Below, piece after piece: positions 25,964 through 38,516 of a stretch of DNA of 64,000 bases (its first letter is position 1; each line of letters begins with the position of its first letter). This DNA is from Eledone cirrhosa. Lineage: Eukaryota. The stretch lies in contig OZ024752.1 of NCBI GenBank assembly GCA_964016885.1, positions 42,470,001 through 42,534,000 of the forward strand, in the 5' to 3' direction. The position numbers and the translations under genes are program-made. Below the pieces are notes generated by a model. That model had not been told where the DNA came from, made no database searches, and saw only the letters and a program-made list of their open reading frames with translations.

Positions 25964-26971
25964 ACTGCGCTTAACAACACATCCAAATATTCTTGGTCTG
26001 TGATTAAACCTTTTCCTACCAAGCCGTCGGAAATGGCTCCCCGGTTCTACGGTGAAAAACTTTGTTTTAAAATACTTCCATCATAATTTTATGTAAGAAC
26101 TTCTCTTTAGCTATGTTCCAAATATCAGCTTAAACATTTGGATAACAAACTGTCCGTGGTTCTACGATATAAAACTGTTTTTAAATGTTTATATTTCAAA
26201 TCCTTTCATTATTATATTCCAGCATAGTTATGTCCCCTTATGATATAAGTTCAAATCCCGCCGAGGTTAACTTTGCCTTTCATCCTTACGGGGTCGATAA
26301 AATAAAGTACCAGTAATGCACTGAGATAATTGCTGGCCTTGTGCCTAAAAGTAGAAACAATTATCATACTATATAAGAACCTTTATTATATTATGTTATG
26401 AAACACCAAATTAATGAGAAAGTATATTACCAAATCTCTGGACGTTTTTGTTTTCTTTTCTTTTTTTCAAGATTACTTGGAAAATATGTTTCGTTTTCCA
26501 TTAGAAATATGGGAACGAAAGTGTTAATGATTTTTTTTTTTTTATTATTAAAAAAAAAAAAAGCTATGTAAGATGTTCACTTAACCGTTTCTACATTGGA
26601 CACAAGGTCAGCAATTTGAAGATAAGAGCAAAGTCGGTTAAATCGACCCCAGTGCTTTACCTTGACTAATTTATATAAAGACATCCCGCCGATTTCAGAG
26701 GGAAATAATTTTTCTTCTTAGGCATTTGCATGTGCTATTAATGAAACTACCTTATAATATTGTCATAAAGAACGTTTTCCTATTAAGAGGGTAGAGACAC
26801 TCGTTTTTCCAGGAGACACTCGAGTTTTCTTTACCATTTCATTTTCCTTCGTAGATTTTTTTCTTTCTTTCTTTTCGTGAACTACTATTACATATAACTA
26901 GCAGAAAAACAAGAGCAACTCAGGTCATCGCTTCCAAACTGCCAAGACTGACCAACTCAACTTCCAACTAC

Positions 26972-27009
<38 letters not shown>

Positions 27010-28566
27010 AAGATTTTTAAACGCGTGCGTGACACAAATTTTTACAATGTTTTAAGAAAAATTATTTTTACAAATATTTACGAAGTGCAGTTTGTATTAC
27101 AATCGGAACTCTGCCTATACTCGATTGCAATATATAAAGAGGAACAAGATACAACGCTATTAGCTGTCAGTCGAAGGTGACATCATTCGTCAAACATCGT
27201 TTATTTCCGTATTATTTCATAGTCATGGTTATCAATGTAGAAAACAAGTCATTTTCACCAACAGTGGAGTTAACTTAAATGAAAATATAGTGGCCCTTAA
27301 AAGGGCCAAATTGTTAATGGAATTAACCATCGCTACCGCTACTACAGCAGATACCATCAATCTCCATGTGGACTGTATCCATGCTTTTGAATAAGGTTGG
27401 TGAAAAAAATTTGTTTTCTAAACATTTCTTCATAAAGAGTTGGTGAAAAAAATGTGATAACCATAAATTTGTTCTTTAATTTGGCCCTTTTAAGGACCAC
27501 CTATATTTTCATTTAAGTTAACTCCACTGTTGGTGAAAATGACTTGTTTTCTACATTAATAACCATGACTATGAAAATATAGTTCATGGTATTAGCTGTC
27601 AGAAGTAACTCCACTGTTGGTGAAAATGACTTGTTTTCTACATTAATAACCATGACTATGAAAATATAAATGATTAAATCCAATTTATTTGACAACCATG
27701 ACTTGTTTTCTAATTAACTTAAATTTGTTTTCTAATTTGGCCCTTTTAAGGGCCACCTATATTTTCATTTAAGTAACTCCACTTACACGTGGTAGTAATA
27801 CGGAAATAAACGATATTTTGCTTTCATCGGCTGCTTCGACTGACAGCTAATAGCGTTGTAGTGCCCAAGGGCGCACAAAAATGGGACATTACAGAACATG
27901 AATATACGCTATTTTGAAGTATTTAAAAGATTTTTACAAACAAAAATTTAGAATGGTTTTGTACAAACGATAAATTTAAAAATATTTGTATCAGAGTGGA
28001 GAGGGTAGTGCTGCCTTCCAACCAGTTTGTTGAAAAGTAGGTGAGAGTGGCAAGCATGGTCCGTGTGAATGGGCCTCCCTGGAGCATATGCCTGTAGATT
28101 GGTGGAGAAAGACTGGGTGAGGGCACTTTACTCTAGTAGTCAGGGTGACCATGGCTTTTATGGAACTTCTCCACGAGTGACCCTTGGAGTCTCCTCAACT
28201 TTGAGGAATTTATGTTTGGTTTTTAAATGTTTACTTTTTTAGTCTCTGCTAAAAATTTCATTTTACACAAAAATAAATAAATAAATAAATAAAAAAGTAA
28301 AAAACTATCGTCCTGTACCGCCTTTAATGTTTCCTTAATGTGAGCCCTGTGTGGCTAATAAAGAAATTATTTTGTTGCTAATGAAAAACACTTCAAGTGA
28401 GTGTTGAATTATCTCCCTTGTTTCGGGGAAATTTTACTTTCATTTTCAGCTTTCTGAGAAAATATATACATTCTTTATATATATACACACACACTGCGAG
28501 ACTCGACATATCTGCCATACTTAGGAGATCTACCGAAGTGTAATTACACACTCGTTAACATATCCT

Positions 28567-29280
28567 ATGCATATTCAACTCTCTCCCAGCGAAATCCGCT
28601 ATACTCAAGATTCTATCAGTCCAACTTTCCAAAATGGATCTAAACTACAAGATCTTATTTCGGATATTATTAATCACAAAATAAAACCTGACCAAGTCCG
28701 CCAAATCAGAGTTTTCGAAAGAAATGGAAAATATTATAGCTTGGATAACAGAAGGTTATATGTGTACAAAGAAGTACAACGCTTAAGTGAACCAAACATG
28801 AAAATTAAGGTGAAATTAACTTTACATATTGACGAAAATAAGTACACAACAATGAACGATGGTGTAAGCGTACAAGTGAGAGGGAAAAAGAAGCAGAATA
28901 TGGCATGGCCACAGAATGAGGCACAAAAAAATATTCCAGACATTAAAAATATAACAAATCCTGGGATTACGTATGCTTCATGCGTCAGGTCTAGTCAAGT
29001 AGAGTCGAACTCTCTAAACAGGGTACCTCGAACTCCGTTCTACAGGTGTGACGGTGACGACGTTGTTGTTGATGATGATGATGATGACGACGATGACGCA
29101 AATTTCGATCAACGTTTATATGAAAGATATCGACATTCGTTTGCAACAAGCCCTCCTCGTTCATATGAAGAAAGCCCTCAACGTTCGTACGCAACAAGCC
29201 CTCAACGTTCGTACGCAACAAGCCCTCCTCGTTCATATGAAAAGAAGTCGTCCAGCGATTCTTGGTGTGTGATTATTTAA
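28567..29280 (+). CDS. Same protein, copy 3 (237 aa, DDVVV(D)9 tract, one fewer 8-aa repeat)
   Basis: 3320 bp downstream of copy 2; only frame-preserving differences. Confidence 0.85.
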   Translation: MHIQLSPSEIRYTQDSISPTFQNGSKLQDLISDIINHKIKPDQVRQIRVFERNGKYYSLDNRRLYVYKEVQRLSEPNMKIKVKLTLHIDENKYTTMNDGVSVQVRGKKKQNMAWPQNEAQKNIPDIKNITNPGITYASCVRSSQVESNSLNRVPRTPFYRCDGDDVVVDDDDDDDDDANFDQRLYERYRHSFATSPPRSYEESPQRSYATSPQRSYATSPPRSYEKKSSSDSWCVII

Positions 29281-30362
29281 ACTGCGCTTAACAACACATC
29301 CAAATATTCTTGGTCTGTGATTAAACCTTTTCCTACCAAGCCGTCGGAAATGGCTCCCCGGTTCTACGGTGAAAAACTTTGTTTTAAAATACTTCCATCA
29401 TAATTTTATGTAAGAACTTCTCTTTAGCTATGTTCCAAATATCAGCTTAAACATTTGGATAACAAACTGTCCGTGGTTCTACGATATAAAACTGTTTTTA
29501 AATGTTTATATTTCAAATCCTTTCATTATTATATTCCAGCATAGTTATGTCCCCTTATGATATAAGTTCAAATCCCGCCGAGGTTAACTTTGCCTTTCAT
29601 CCTTACGGGGTCGATAAAATAAAGTACCAGTAATGCACTGAGATAATTGCTGGCCTTGTGCCTAAAAGTAGAAACAATTATTATACTATATAAGAACCTT
29701 TATTATATTATGTTATGAAACACCAAATTAATGAGAAAGTATATTACCAAATCTCTGGACGTTTTTGTTTTCTTTTCTTTTTTTCAAGATTACTTGGAAA
29801 ATATGTTTCGTTTTCCATTAGAAATATGGGAACGAAAGTGTTAAAGATAATAAAAAAAAAGCTATGTAAGATGTTCACCGCCTTAATAACCGTTTCCACA
29901 TTTGGCACAAGGTCAGCAATTTGAAGATAAGAGGAAAGTCGGTTAAATCGACCCCAGTGCTTTATCAGTTCCCGTCCCCACCCTTGCAAGCAGGGAAAAA
30001 GCAGACGTAAAATGAAATGACGAATGATGATGATGATACGCAGCAACATCACCAGATCTCTCTCTGAAACGTAATCCTGGTATGTGTATAAGCATTTTTT
30101 CTTCTAACTTTAATTTTATACCTAATTGTTTATGGTTGACGGTATATTTAATCGATTTCCACGTGCTATTGAAATGTTGGGTAAATATTCTATAGCGGTT
30201 GATGGCTGTCGTTTATTTATCTACTATTTCTTCATAGGTGCCTTTTAATCTTATAGCCAAATTTAATTGTTTTTTTGTGTGGTTGATTATGCTAATTGGG
30301 AGAGGAAATGGTGTATATATATTATCAAATGATTCTATGGACATACTTTATACTATATATAT

Positions 30363-31321
30363 ATCATCATCATCATCGTTTAACGTCCATCTTCCACGCT
30401 TGCATGGGTTTGGACGAGAGTTTTCCCACTTGAGGCAAGAGTGGTTGTCTTGCTCGCATCCGACTGTCTGGCGGGTTTTCTACGGCTGGATGCCCTTCCT
30501 AACACCAATCACGTTTACAGTGTGGACTGGGAGGTTTTTACCGTGTTACCTACACGGCCACATTACAGCGTGGACTGTGTGTTTTTTTGTCGTGACACCT
30601 ACACGACCTCATGTTTCGGACTGGATGTTGTGGTACCAACAAATCTTTACATTGAAAGGGGTGGGGGTAGTGGGACGGGGCGTGTATTTTTGTTAGAGGT
30701 GCCTACTTAATGTAGTAGGTTTCACTTTGTACTTAGGTAAGGCGGGTCTTCTGTATTACTGTGTAACGCCAAAGATCTCGGCCCAGTGACATTCTCTTGG
30801 AGAGGTGTAAGTGTGTGAGGTCGGAATTTATCAAGTCGTCCCAGGTTTTTCTGGGTCTGCCTACTCCGTAGCTACCGTCTATTTTTATTGCCCTGCACTT
30901 TTTTATACAGCTGTCTTTCATGCGCATCACGTGACCGTACCCTCCCCCACTGCTGATTTTATCACCCAGGTAACGGAAGCTGTCCACTATTTCTATAGAA
31001 CTATCTGTGCAATGGAATGAGCTCGTATTCTGTGGGCACTTGCTGCTACTTATTGCACCAGAGCACCGGCCACATATAAAATCTATATTCTTAGTTAGCT
31101 TACCTGTTATCCCACTACATCTTTTATGCACCCATACTTTGCATTTGGGACATAAAATGGAGTTTCTCCCTACTCCTTTCCTACACACTGAGCATGGCCA
31201 TTTCCCGGATGGGACCGGTGCCCTATTTTCCTTCCTACAAACTAGAACTTTAGTCTTAGACAGGTTAATTTTAAGGCCTTTTAATTCTAGGCCATGCTTC
31301 CATGTTTGGAATTTCTTCTCT
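30363..31321 (-). mobile_element. Internally deleted RTE LINE fragment with Cys/His finger
   Basis: CSVCRKGVGRNSILCPKCKVWVHKRCSG...CGRC, then FRYLGD fused to GHVMRM and GRPRKTW; tail homologous to 14221-14597. Confidence 0.85.
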
Positions 31322-31729
31322 ATATATATATATATACAATGATATTAAATAAATGGAAACTACATTTATAAAACCATTAAAAAATATGGTTTTATAAATA
31401 TAGTTTCCATTTATTTAATATCATTGAATATTTACTCCACTAACTTGTTGAGTGCTCTAAACCAGTTATAAACATTTATATTTGTCGGACTTCCAACAAA
31501 TTAAATACCCCTTCTACTTATATATATAAGTGTATGTGTATGTGTGTCTATGACCAATGTATATAGATCACAGACACCCACATATATATACACACACACA
31601 CACATTTATATATATATATATATATATATATATGGGCCTTCCAGTTTCATTTCACATTATATACATGTCTCTGTATATTTTAATTATTCAAAAATTATTT
31701 TTAAGTGAATATGATTTTTACAAACACAC

Positions 31730-32015
31730 ACACAGGCTGATAAAGACACACACGCACACACAGACTGATAAAGACACACACGCAGACTGATAAAGACACA
31801 CACGCACACAGACTGATAAAGACACACACAGACTGATAAAGACACCCACACACAGACTGATAAAGACACCCACACACAGACTGATAAAGACACCCACACA
31901 CAGACTGATAAAGACACACACACACAGACTGATAAAGACACACACACACACTGATAAAGACACACACACACAGACTGATAAAGACACACAGAGACACAGA
32001 CTGACTGATAGAGAC
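31730..32015. repeat. ~24-bp CA-derived tandem repeat
   Basis: cacacacagactgataaagaca units. Confidence 0.93.
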
Positions 32016-32171
32016 ATAGTAACTGCCTCATTTGGTCACATTCCATGATCAGCCTGTCAACTTTCCAGCCAAACCTCGTATGTAATTATAGAGGGGGGAA
32101 AAAAAAAAAAAAAAGACTAATCACAGGAGGTTAAAAAATGACTATAATGACCCATTGCTGTCACAAAATCA

Positions 32172-32390
<219 letters not shown>

Positions 32391-32432
32391 TTAAGGGTGA
32401 AAGCACCGATTCTTTGCTTAAACTTTAATCTG

Positions 32433-32486
<54 letters not shown>

Positions 32487-32669
32487 AATGAATAATTGTT
32501 TCTACTTTAGGCACAAGGCCAGCAATTACCCAGTGCATTACTGGTACTTTATTTTATCGACCCCGTAAGGATGAAAGGCAAAGTCAACCTCGGCGGGATT
32601 TGAACTCAGATCGTAAAGGGACGTAACTATGCTGGAAAGCATGGCGTCCGACCCTCTACCGATACTGCC

Positions 32670-33440
32670 AATGAATAATAACAGGTAGACATCATAAAAA
32701 GGTAATTTATTCTGTGTGCTTACAAATGTTTCCACGGTGGTTATACAGCCTAGTTATGTTATGTGCAAATTTACAACTATTTGCAGAACTCAAATATCAA
32801 ATGCTGTGACCACTGTATCATCATAGCAGAATGGTTAAAATGTACAATGTAAATACCCTTAAGTGAGGTTATTGGGGAAGATAAAGTAGAAAAGGAAGAG
32901 AGAAAAGAAGGGGAGAGGAAGAGAGAGAGAAAGATATGCAGGGGTTAGAGAAATGGGAGAGAGTGGTTTGTAGATATCTTAATCAAAATGTTGTGGTAGG
33001 TGTTTTATTTTACTGGTTACTCTTAAAGCGACCACATTAAGCGATGCATTGATAGTCAAGGTTGGAATTACTTGACTATCAACGCATTGCTTAATGTGGT
33101 CGCTTTAAGAGTAACCAGTATAATAAAACACCTACCACAACATTTTGATTAAGATATCTACAAACCACTCTCTCCCATTTCTCCAACCCCTGCATATCTT
33201 TCTCTCTCTCTCTTCCTTTTCTACTCTATCTTCCCCAATAACCTCACTTAAGGGTATTTACATTGTACATTTTAACCATTCTGCTATGATGATACAGTGG
33301 TCACAGCATTTGATATTTGTGTTCTGCAAATAGTTGTAAATTTGCACATAGCATAACTAGGCTGTATAACCACCGTGGAAACATTTGTAAGCACACAGAA
33401 TAAATTACCTTTTTATGATGTCTACCTGTTATTATTCATT
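32670..33440. repeat. Large near-perfect palindrome (~370-390-bp arms, 10-nt loop)
   Basis: 32670-33060 is the reverse complement of 33071-33440, with few mismatches and one indel in a CT/GA tract. Confidence 0.95.
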
Positions 33441-33647
33441 CTTTATCTACACTCCGGAATACAGAAGGATCAGGAACGAAGTTTCTTCAACAATTCTTCC
33501 ATAACTCGTTGAGTAACCTCTCACCGTGCGTCAACCCTATCCAGTGTAGTAATTAACCATTACTGCATCTAGGATAATCCTATACCTAATATATATATAC
33601 ATACAATGATATTAAATAAATGGAAACTGTATTTATAAAACCATATT

Positions 33648-33709
33648 TATTCTATTATATATATTTCAAGGGTACCAAAAACTTTGGTACGCTTTCATCA
33701 GATAAAATA
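33648..33709 (-). ncRNA. Minimal type I hammerhead ribozyme, sense to the NUDT21 pre-mRNA
   Basis: Minus strand reads tattttat-CTGATGA-aagcgtaccaaa...tttggtaccctt-GAAA-tatata-TA-atagaata. Confidence 0.72.
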
Positions 33710-33924
33710 TAATGTGTTTTATAAATTTTGACATAGCCAAGGAAAACAGACCTTATCAGTTGAATTTTCCTTGGATAATGCGCACACGTGATTTTGTCGG
33801 TGTCCTTAAATTAGAGGTGTGTGTTGGTCACTGTTTTTAAGTTAGAGACATATGTGTATCCCTTTCCTTCCTTTTACACACATACACATTGTGTGATGGA
33901 CAGGTGGACAGAAGTCCCTCAAAT

Positions 33925-34560
33925 TTATATACATGTGAATGGAGTTCTACTGAAGCAGTTAGAGAAGTTCAAGTATCTTGGAGCCATGTTCATGCGTGAT
34001 GGAATGCAGGGGAGGGGTGAATTAAGTGCGAGAATTGTAAAAGCTGATGCAGTAATGCCCCAGCATTCAGCAATCAGAAGAAGGGGGTAGGTATAAAAGC
34101 CAAACTCGCTGTCTTCCTGGTATTCCTGCCAACTCTTATCAAGAATCATGAATCTTGAGTAATGACCAAAAGAATACAATTAATTGCAAATAAAAGCGGC
34201 AGAAATGGGATTCCTCCAAAGAGTCTTTGGAGTAACGTTACTCAATAAAGTGCATAACTCAGAGACCAGAGTGTCACTCCTGGTAGAGTCGCTACTTCTC
34301 CAAATTGAGAGATCACAACTCCGATATTATGAGCATGTGGTTAGAATGTTTCAGTAAAGAATCGCTGGACACATTTTACAGGCAAAACCAAACGGCATGG
34401 GATCTAGAGGTAGACCCTAAGCAAGATAGTTGGATAACATCCATAAGCTTGGCTGGTCTCGCTTTGGGATCCAGCTGGATCAGTTAGAGATGTTTGCTAC
34501 TGACAGACTCGCTGGAAGGAGTGTTTGAGAAGGACTCTGCCCCCACGACCTTCTCAGAAA
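33925..34560 (+). mobile_element. Degenerate RTE LINE fragment
   Basis: LKQLEKFKYLG, AAEMGFLQR, ERSQLR.YEHVVRM, RGRPK motifs with frameshifts. Confidence 0.78.
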
Positions 34561-34677
34561 TAAGTGGGTGAAGAAGATATTGTTGATTTACTTTTCAATT
34601 TACATATATATATATTTGCATATAATACAACTACATATGCTAGCAGAAAACTGCCCGCGGGCGGTTTTTCTGCTAGT

Positions 34678-35010
34678 GAGGCACATGGCTTAGTGGTTAG
34701 AGCATTGGCCTTGCAATCGAAAGGTTGTGAGTTCAATTCTCGGGCCGGGTGATGTGTTGTTTCCTTGAGCAAGACACTTTATTTCACATTGCTCCAGTTT
34801 ACTCAGCTGTAGAAATGAGATGATAGGGACTGGGGTCCCTATCATTCCACTGCAAAGTGGTCGTGGAGGTGCCACGGCAAAAAAGCACCCAGCACTCACT
34901 GTAAATGAGGTTGGTGTTAGGAAGGGCATCCAGCTGTAGAAATCAAGCCAGAATCAGTTCCCGTCTCACCCTTGCAAGCAGGGAAAAGCGGACGTATGAT
35001 GATGATGATA
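34678..35010 (+). mobile_element. tRNA-derived CORE-type SINE with RTE-derived tail, representative copy (others 15575-15900, 19733-19965, 40035-40368, 48410-48716, 49525-49657, 59273-60265)
   Basis: A box tggcttagtgg, B box gagttcaattc; CORE-like ccttgagcaagacactt...ctccagtttactcagctgtagaaatg; tail ends gcggacgta(tga)n. Confidence 0.88.
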
Positions 35011-35061
35011 ATGATGGTGGTACGAAATGATTACAAAATAAGGGGGTTCGAATTTACTTAC

Positions 35062-35137
35062 CCTTTTCTGTAAGTTGGACTAAAAATAATCTTTTGTGTT
35101 CTTTAGGTTTTGTTATGTGAGCAGGTACATAGGGATA
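35062..35137 (-). CDS. NUDT21: CFIm25 internal exon (76 nt): [25 protein letters not shown]
   Basis: Acceptor ctattttag, donor gtaagt; phase 0 to 1, continuous with both neighbouring exons; near-identical to CFIm25 [25 protein letters not shown]. Confidence 0.96.
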
Positions 35138-35789
35138 CTAAAATAGACAAAGAAAAAAGTGAAAATTATAGGTCGCCCCCTATGTAGATTTAGCTGGCCC
35201 CCTACAAAGTTGCATCTCATATGCAGTTTATTGAGTGATTTAAACCAGCCAGAATTCTTTCACCTCTTTCTGTTCAAACCGGCTGTAACCAGCCGCTCAT
35301 ACTGATGTTAGGGTATTGTTCTGCAACAGATGGCTGGAAGAGGTCTCTTGGCAGGCCCTGCACCAGATGGCTGGATGTCATCAAGGAAGATCACTAAAAG
35401 CTCGACATGACCTTAGAGGACATAGAGGAGCTGGCATAGAACCACCAGCAATGGAGAGCACTAGTGGTCTTGGTCAGCTTTACACACGATGCCTCTGGGA
35501 CTGCTGACCAAGATAACCCTTGTCTCATTGAACAAGAGCAAGAAAAAGATATTTAAAAAATCTAAGTTTTCTCCTGCAGTAACTATGAAAACTAAGATTT
35601 AACACCTCTGTTACTATATATCTAATAAAAGATACTGCCTAAGGCTTCCCAATCATTTTGAAAATAATCAAGAATCTAAAGGTATTTCATAATATAACTA
35701 ACTAACTTTCTTATTACTATGTCTGTTTGGAATTTAAATCTTTAGCATTTATATTACTCTATATATACTGAAGATCCATCTCTTCGTTG

Positions 35790-36196
35790 CTGTATTGGAG
35801 TCTGTGCTGCTGTACGGGTCTGAGACTTGGACACTGACCAAGAAACTCACTCAGATGGTGGATGGGTGCTACACGAGAATGCTGAGGATGGCTCTGAACA
35901 TTAATCAGTAAACACTGAGGTTGAAGAACTCAGAGCTGTACGGGAGCCTCCCAAAAGTCAGCTCGAAAGTAGCACAGAGGAGACTGAGGTTAGCTGGACA
36001 TGCTCACCCACATTCAGAGTTGACACTGCACTCAGTGCTCCTGTGGGAGCCCCTACATAGACACACTGGAAGAAGGAGACCGAGGTTGACATATGTTGAT
36101 GCTCTAAGGAGACGCAGGACATGTCAGCGATGATGAGGGACAGAGACCGCTGGAGAGAACTCCGTCCATGGATCTTGGGAATTTTACCCGCCCTAG
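35790..36196 (+). mobile_element. RTE LINE 3' fragment nested in a piggyBac-type MITE (also short minus copy 18790-18940)
   Basis: ESVLLYGSETWTLTKK...RRLRLAGH...RPRLTYVD; atatatact direct repeat at 35761 and 36197. Confidence 0.85.
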
Positions 36197-36710
36197 ATAT
36201 ATACTATTGTATTTTTGTGGTAAAGGCTTTATTTCACATATCTCATAATATCGAATCTGAGATTTTGATATTTATTTTGAGAACAATACCATAACATCAG
36301 TATAAGTGGCAAGTTATGGCCGGTTTGAACAGAATGAGGTGAGAGAATTCTAGTCGGATCTGACCAGTTTAAATGCTAAAGGATTAACAAAAGTCCTTGC
36401 ATAAAATTATGATGGAAAGTTTATAGATAAAGATAAACGCTTTAAATTTGAGGTCAACTTTACCTTTTATCCTTCCAAGGTCGATAAAAAAAGTACCAGT
36501 CTAGTACTGGGGTTAATTCTCCCTCTATATCTCTTTCTCACTTCCTTTCTCTCACTTTCTATTCTTCTCTGGAAAGAAATCTGCTGTATTCAGACCTGGA
36601 GAAGTGATGGGCTCTGCCAGGTTTAAAAATGCTCTAGAAAAGCCATATGTTAGTATGACACCCACACGACTGCCTCACGGGTTACAGAAAGAGGTGGGAG
36701 AAGGACATAC

Positions 36711-36800
36711 CTGTGGAGGTTCAAAGTTTGGTCTCCACCAGTTCCCAATAGTATCCTCAATAATCCAGTCCATTGAAGCTCCATCCTGGCGACCTAACGT
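36711..36800 (-). CDS. NUDT21: CFIm25/CPSF5 internal exon (90 nt): [30 protein letters not shown]
   Basis: Manual minus-strand translation; acceptor tttttccag, donor gtatgt. Matches the recalled human CFIm25 segment [30 protein letters not shown]. Confidence 0.96.
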
Positions 36801-38429
36801 CTGGAAAAACCCCAAAAAAAAAAAAAAAAAAAACATTCAATAAAGTCAGAGAAACAGAGATAAAAGTAACATTCATGTCATTTTCCATCTACCTTCTATG
36901 CTGGCATGGGTCAGATGGTTTGTCATAGTCCAAAACTAGACATCGGAGAAATCTCAACTTGCTCAGATGTTTTACTACCATTAAAAAAAAACTTTTCATG
37001 AATCAACTTTTTTTTAAATTATTATTAATCAGTCCATTAAGGATTTGGTTAGACAACTAATTATTGTGCCGTCAAGTATGAAATTAGTAGAAATTTTTAA
37101 AAGAAAAACGAATTTCTACAAATTTCATACTTGACGATCCAATAATTGGTCCATCAAAGTCCTTTCATCACAACCTGTCACCTTGTCTATGACTGTTGCA
37201 CTCTGTGTCTCCATTTCATCCACACTTACACTGGACAGACAGATGGAGTAAGTGTGAAAAATGAAATGAAAACAAAAAAATTAAATTTACAGCTCACACC
37301 TATACAGGTTTAGATGGCCTACGAGAAGGTCATATCTTATAGGAAGTTCCTTGGGCATTTTAATGATAACAGTCCCCCGTGCTACCATGTTGTTGTTTTT
37401 GCAGTTCACACCAATGTAGGTTTAACTGACCTTCATGGTTGTATCTCATAGGTTTCTTGTGTGTTTTAATAATTGTTTCTACTTTAGGCACAAGGCCAGC
37501 AATTACTGGTACTTTATTTTATCGACCCCGTAAGGATGAAAGGCAAAGTCAACCTCAGCGGGATTTGAACTCAGATCGTAAAGGGACGTAACTATGCTGG
37601 AAAGCATGGCGTCCGACCCTCTACCAGTACTGCCAATCCACCAGGAGCCCCAATTCTATCATGTTACAGATTACACCCATGTAAGTTTAGCTAGCCTTCT
37701 ACAAGTTTGTATCTCATATGTTTCTTGGGTCTTTTTATGATAGGGCGTCTCCTGTCTTGTCATGAAAAGCAATGAGATATGAAGTATCATGCTCAAGAAC
37801 ACAACACAATCTGGCCCAGAAATCGAACCCTATGATTATAAGTCCAACAACGTAATCACTAGGCCACGCACCATCTTAAGTGTGGAGAATGAGGAGACAT
37901 AGAGCAGCAACAGTCATCAAGAAGGTGACGTGGTGTCTTGAAAGGATCTTACACAATACCTCACATAATATTGAGTCTATAAGATTTTGATATTATCTAT
38001 TTTGAGAACAATACCGTAACATAGCTATGAGTGACTAGTTATGACCGGTTTGAACAGAAAGAGGTGAGAGAATTCTGGTTGGTTTAAATGCTAGAGGGTT
38101 GTGTGTGTGTGTGTGTGTGTGAATGTGCGTGCGCGCGTACTAGGTGCAAACCTTTCATGGCATCAATTGTAGGACAATTATTGGATCAGCAGCTGGGTAG
38201 AGAGAGACAGTGATGTGAATGGTAGAAAGGAGATGAGAGCAGGGTGAAAGTGGAATTGTGGGATAGATATCAATAGTTGCTTTATGTTCCATGAAGGAGA
38301 GTGAGTGAGTGAGTGAGTGAGAGAGAGTGAGTGAGAAATGTTTAGGTCATGGAGGTGGCCTGTGTAAGTGTTGGCATGGATGTGTGTATATATATGTGCA
38401 TGTATATGTGATATACAATTACGTGACTA

Positions 38430-38477
38430 CACAACCATATGCAGAAACACACATACACACACAGCCATATGCAGATA

Positions 38478-38516
<39 letters not shown>

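Larger units (their letters stand above)
21346..29964 (+). repeat. Tandem segmental triplication, unit ~3.32 kb (starts 21346, 24670, 27990; third unit partial)
   Basis: atcagagtggagagggtagtgctgcc recurs at all three starts. Homology of unit 3 ends after cagtgcttta at ~29964. Confidence 0.97.

Noticed and set aside
34678-34750. tRNA gene
   Set aside because: A and B boxes are present, but I see no proper cloverleaf and it continues directly into a SINE body; multi-copy.
36604-36843. 79-aa plus-strand ORF
   Set aside because: Antisense shadow of the NUDT21 exon 36711-36800.
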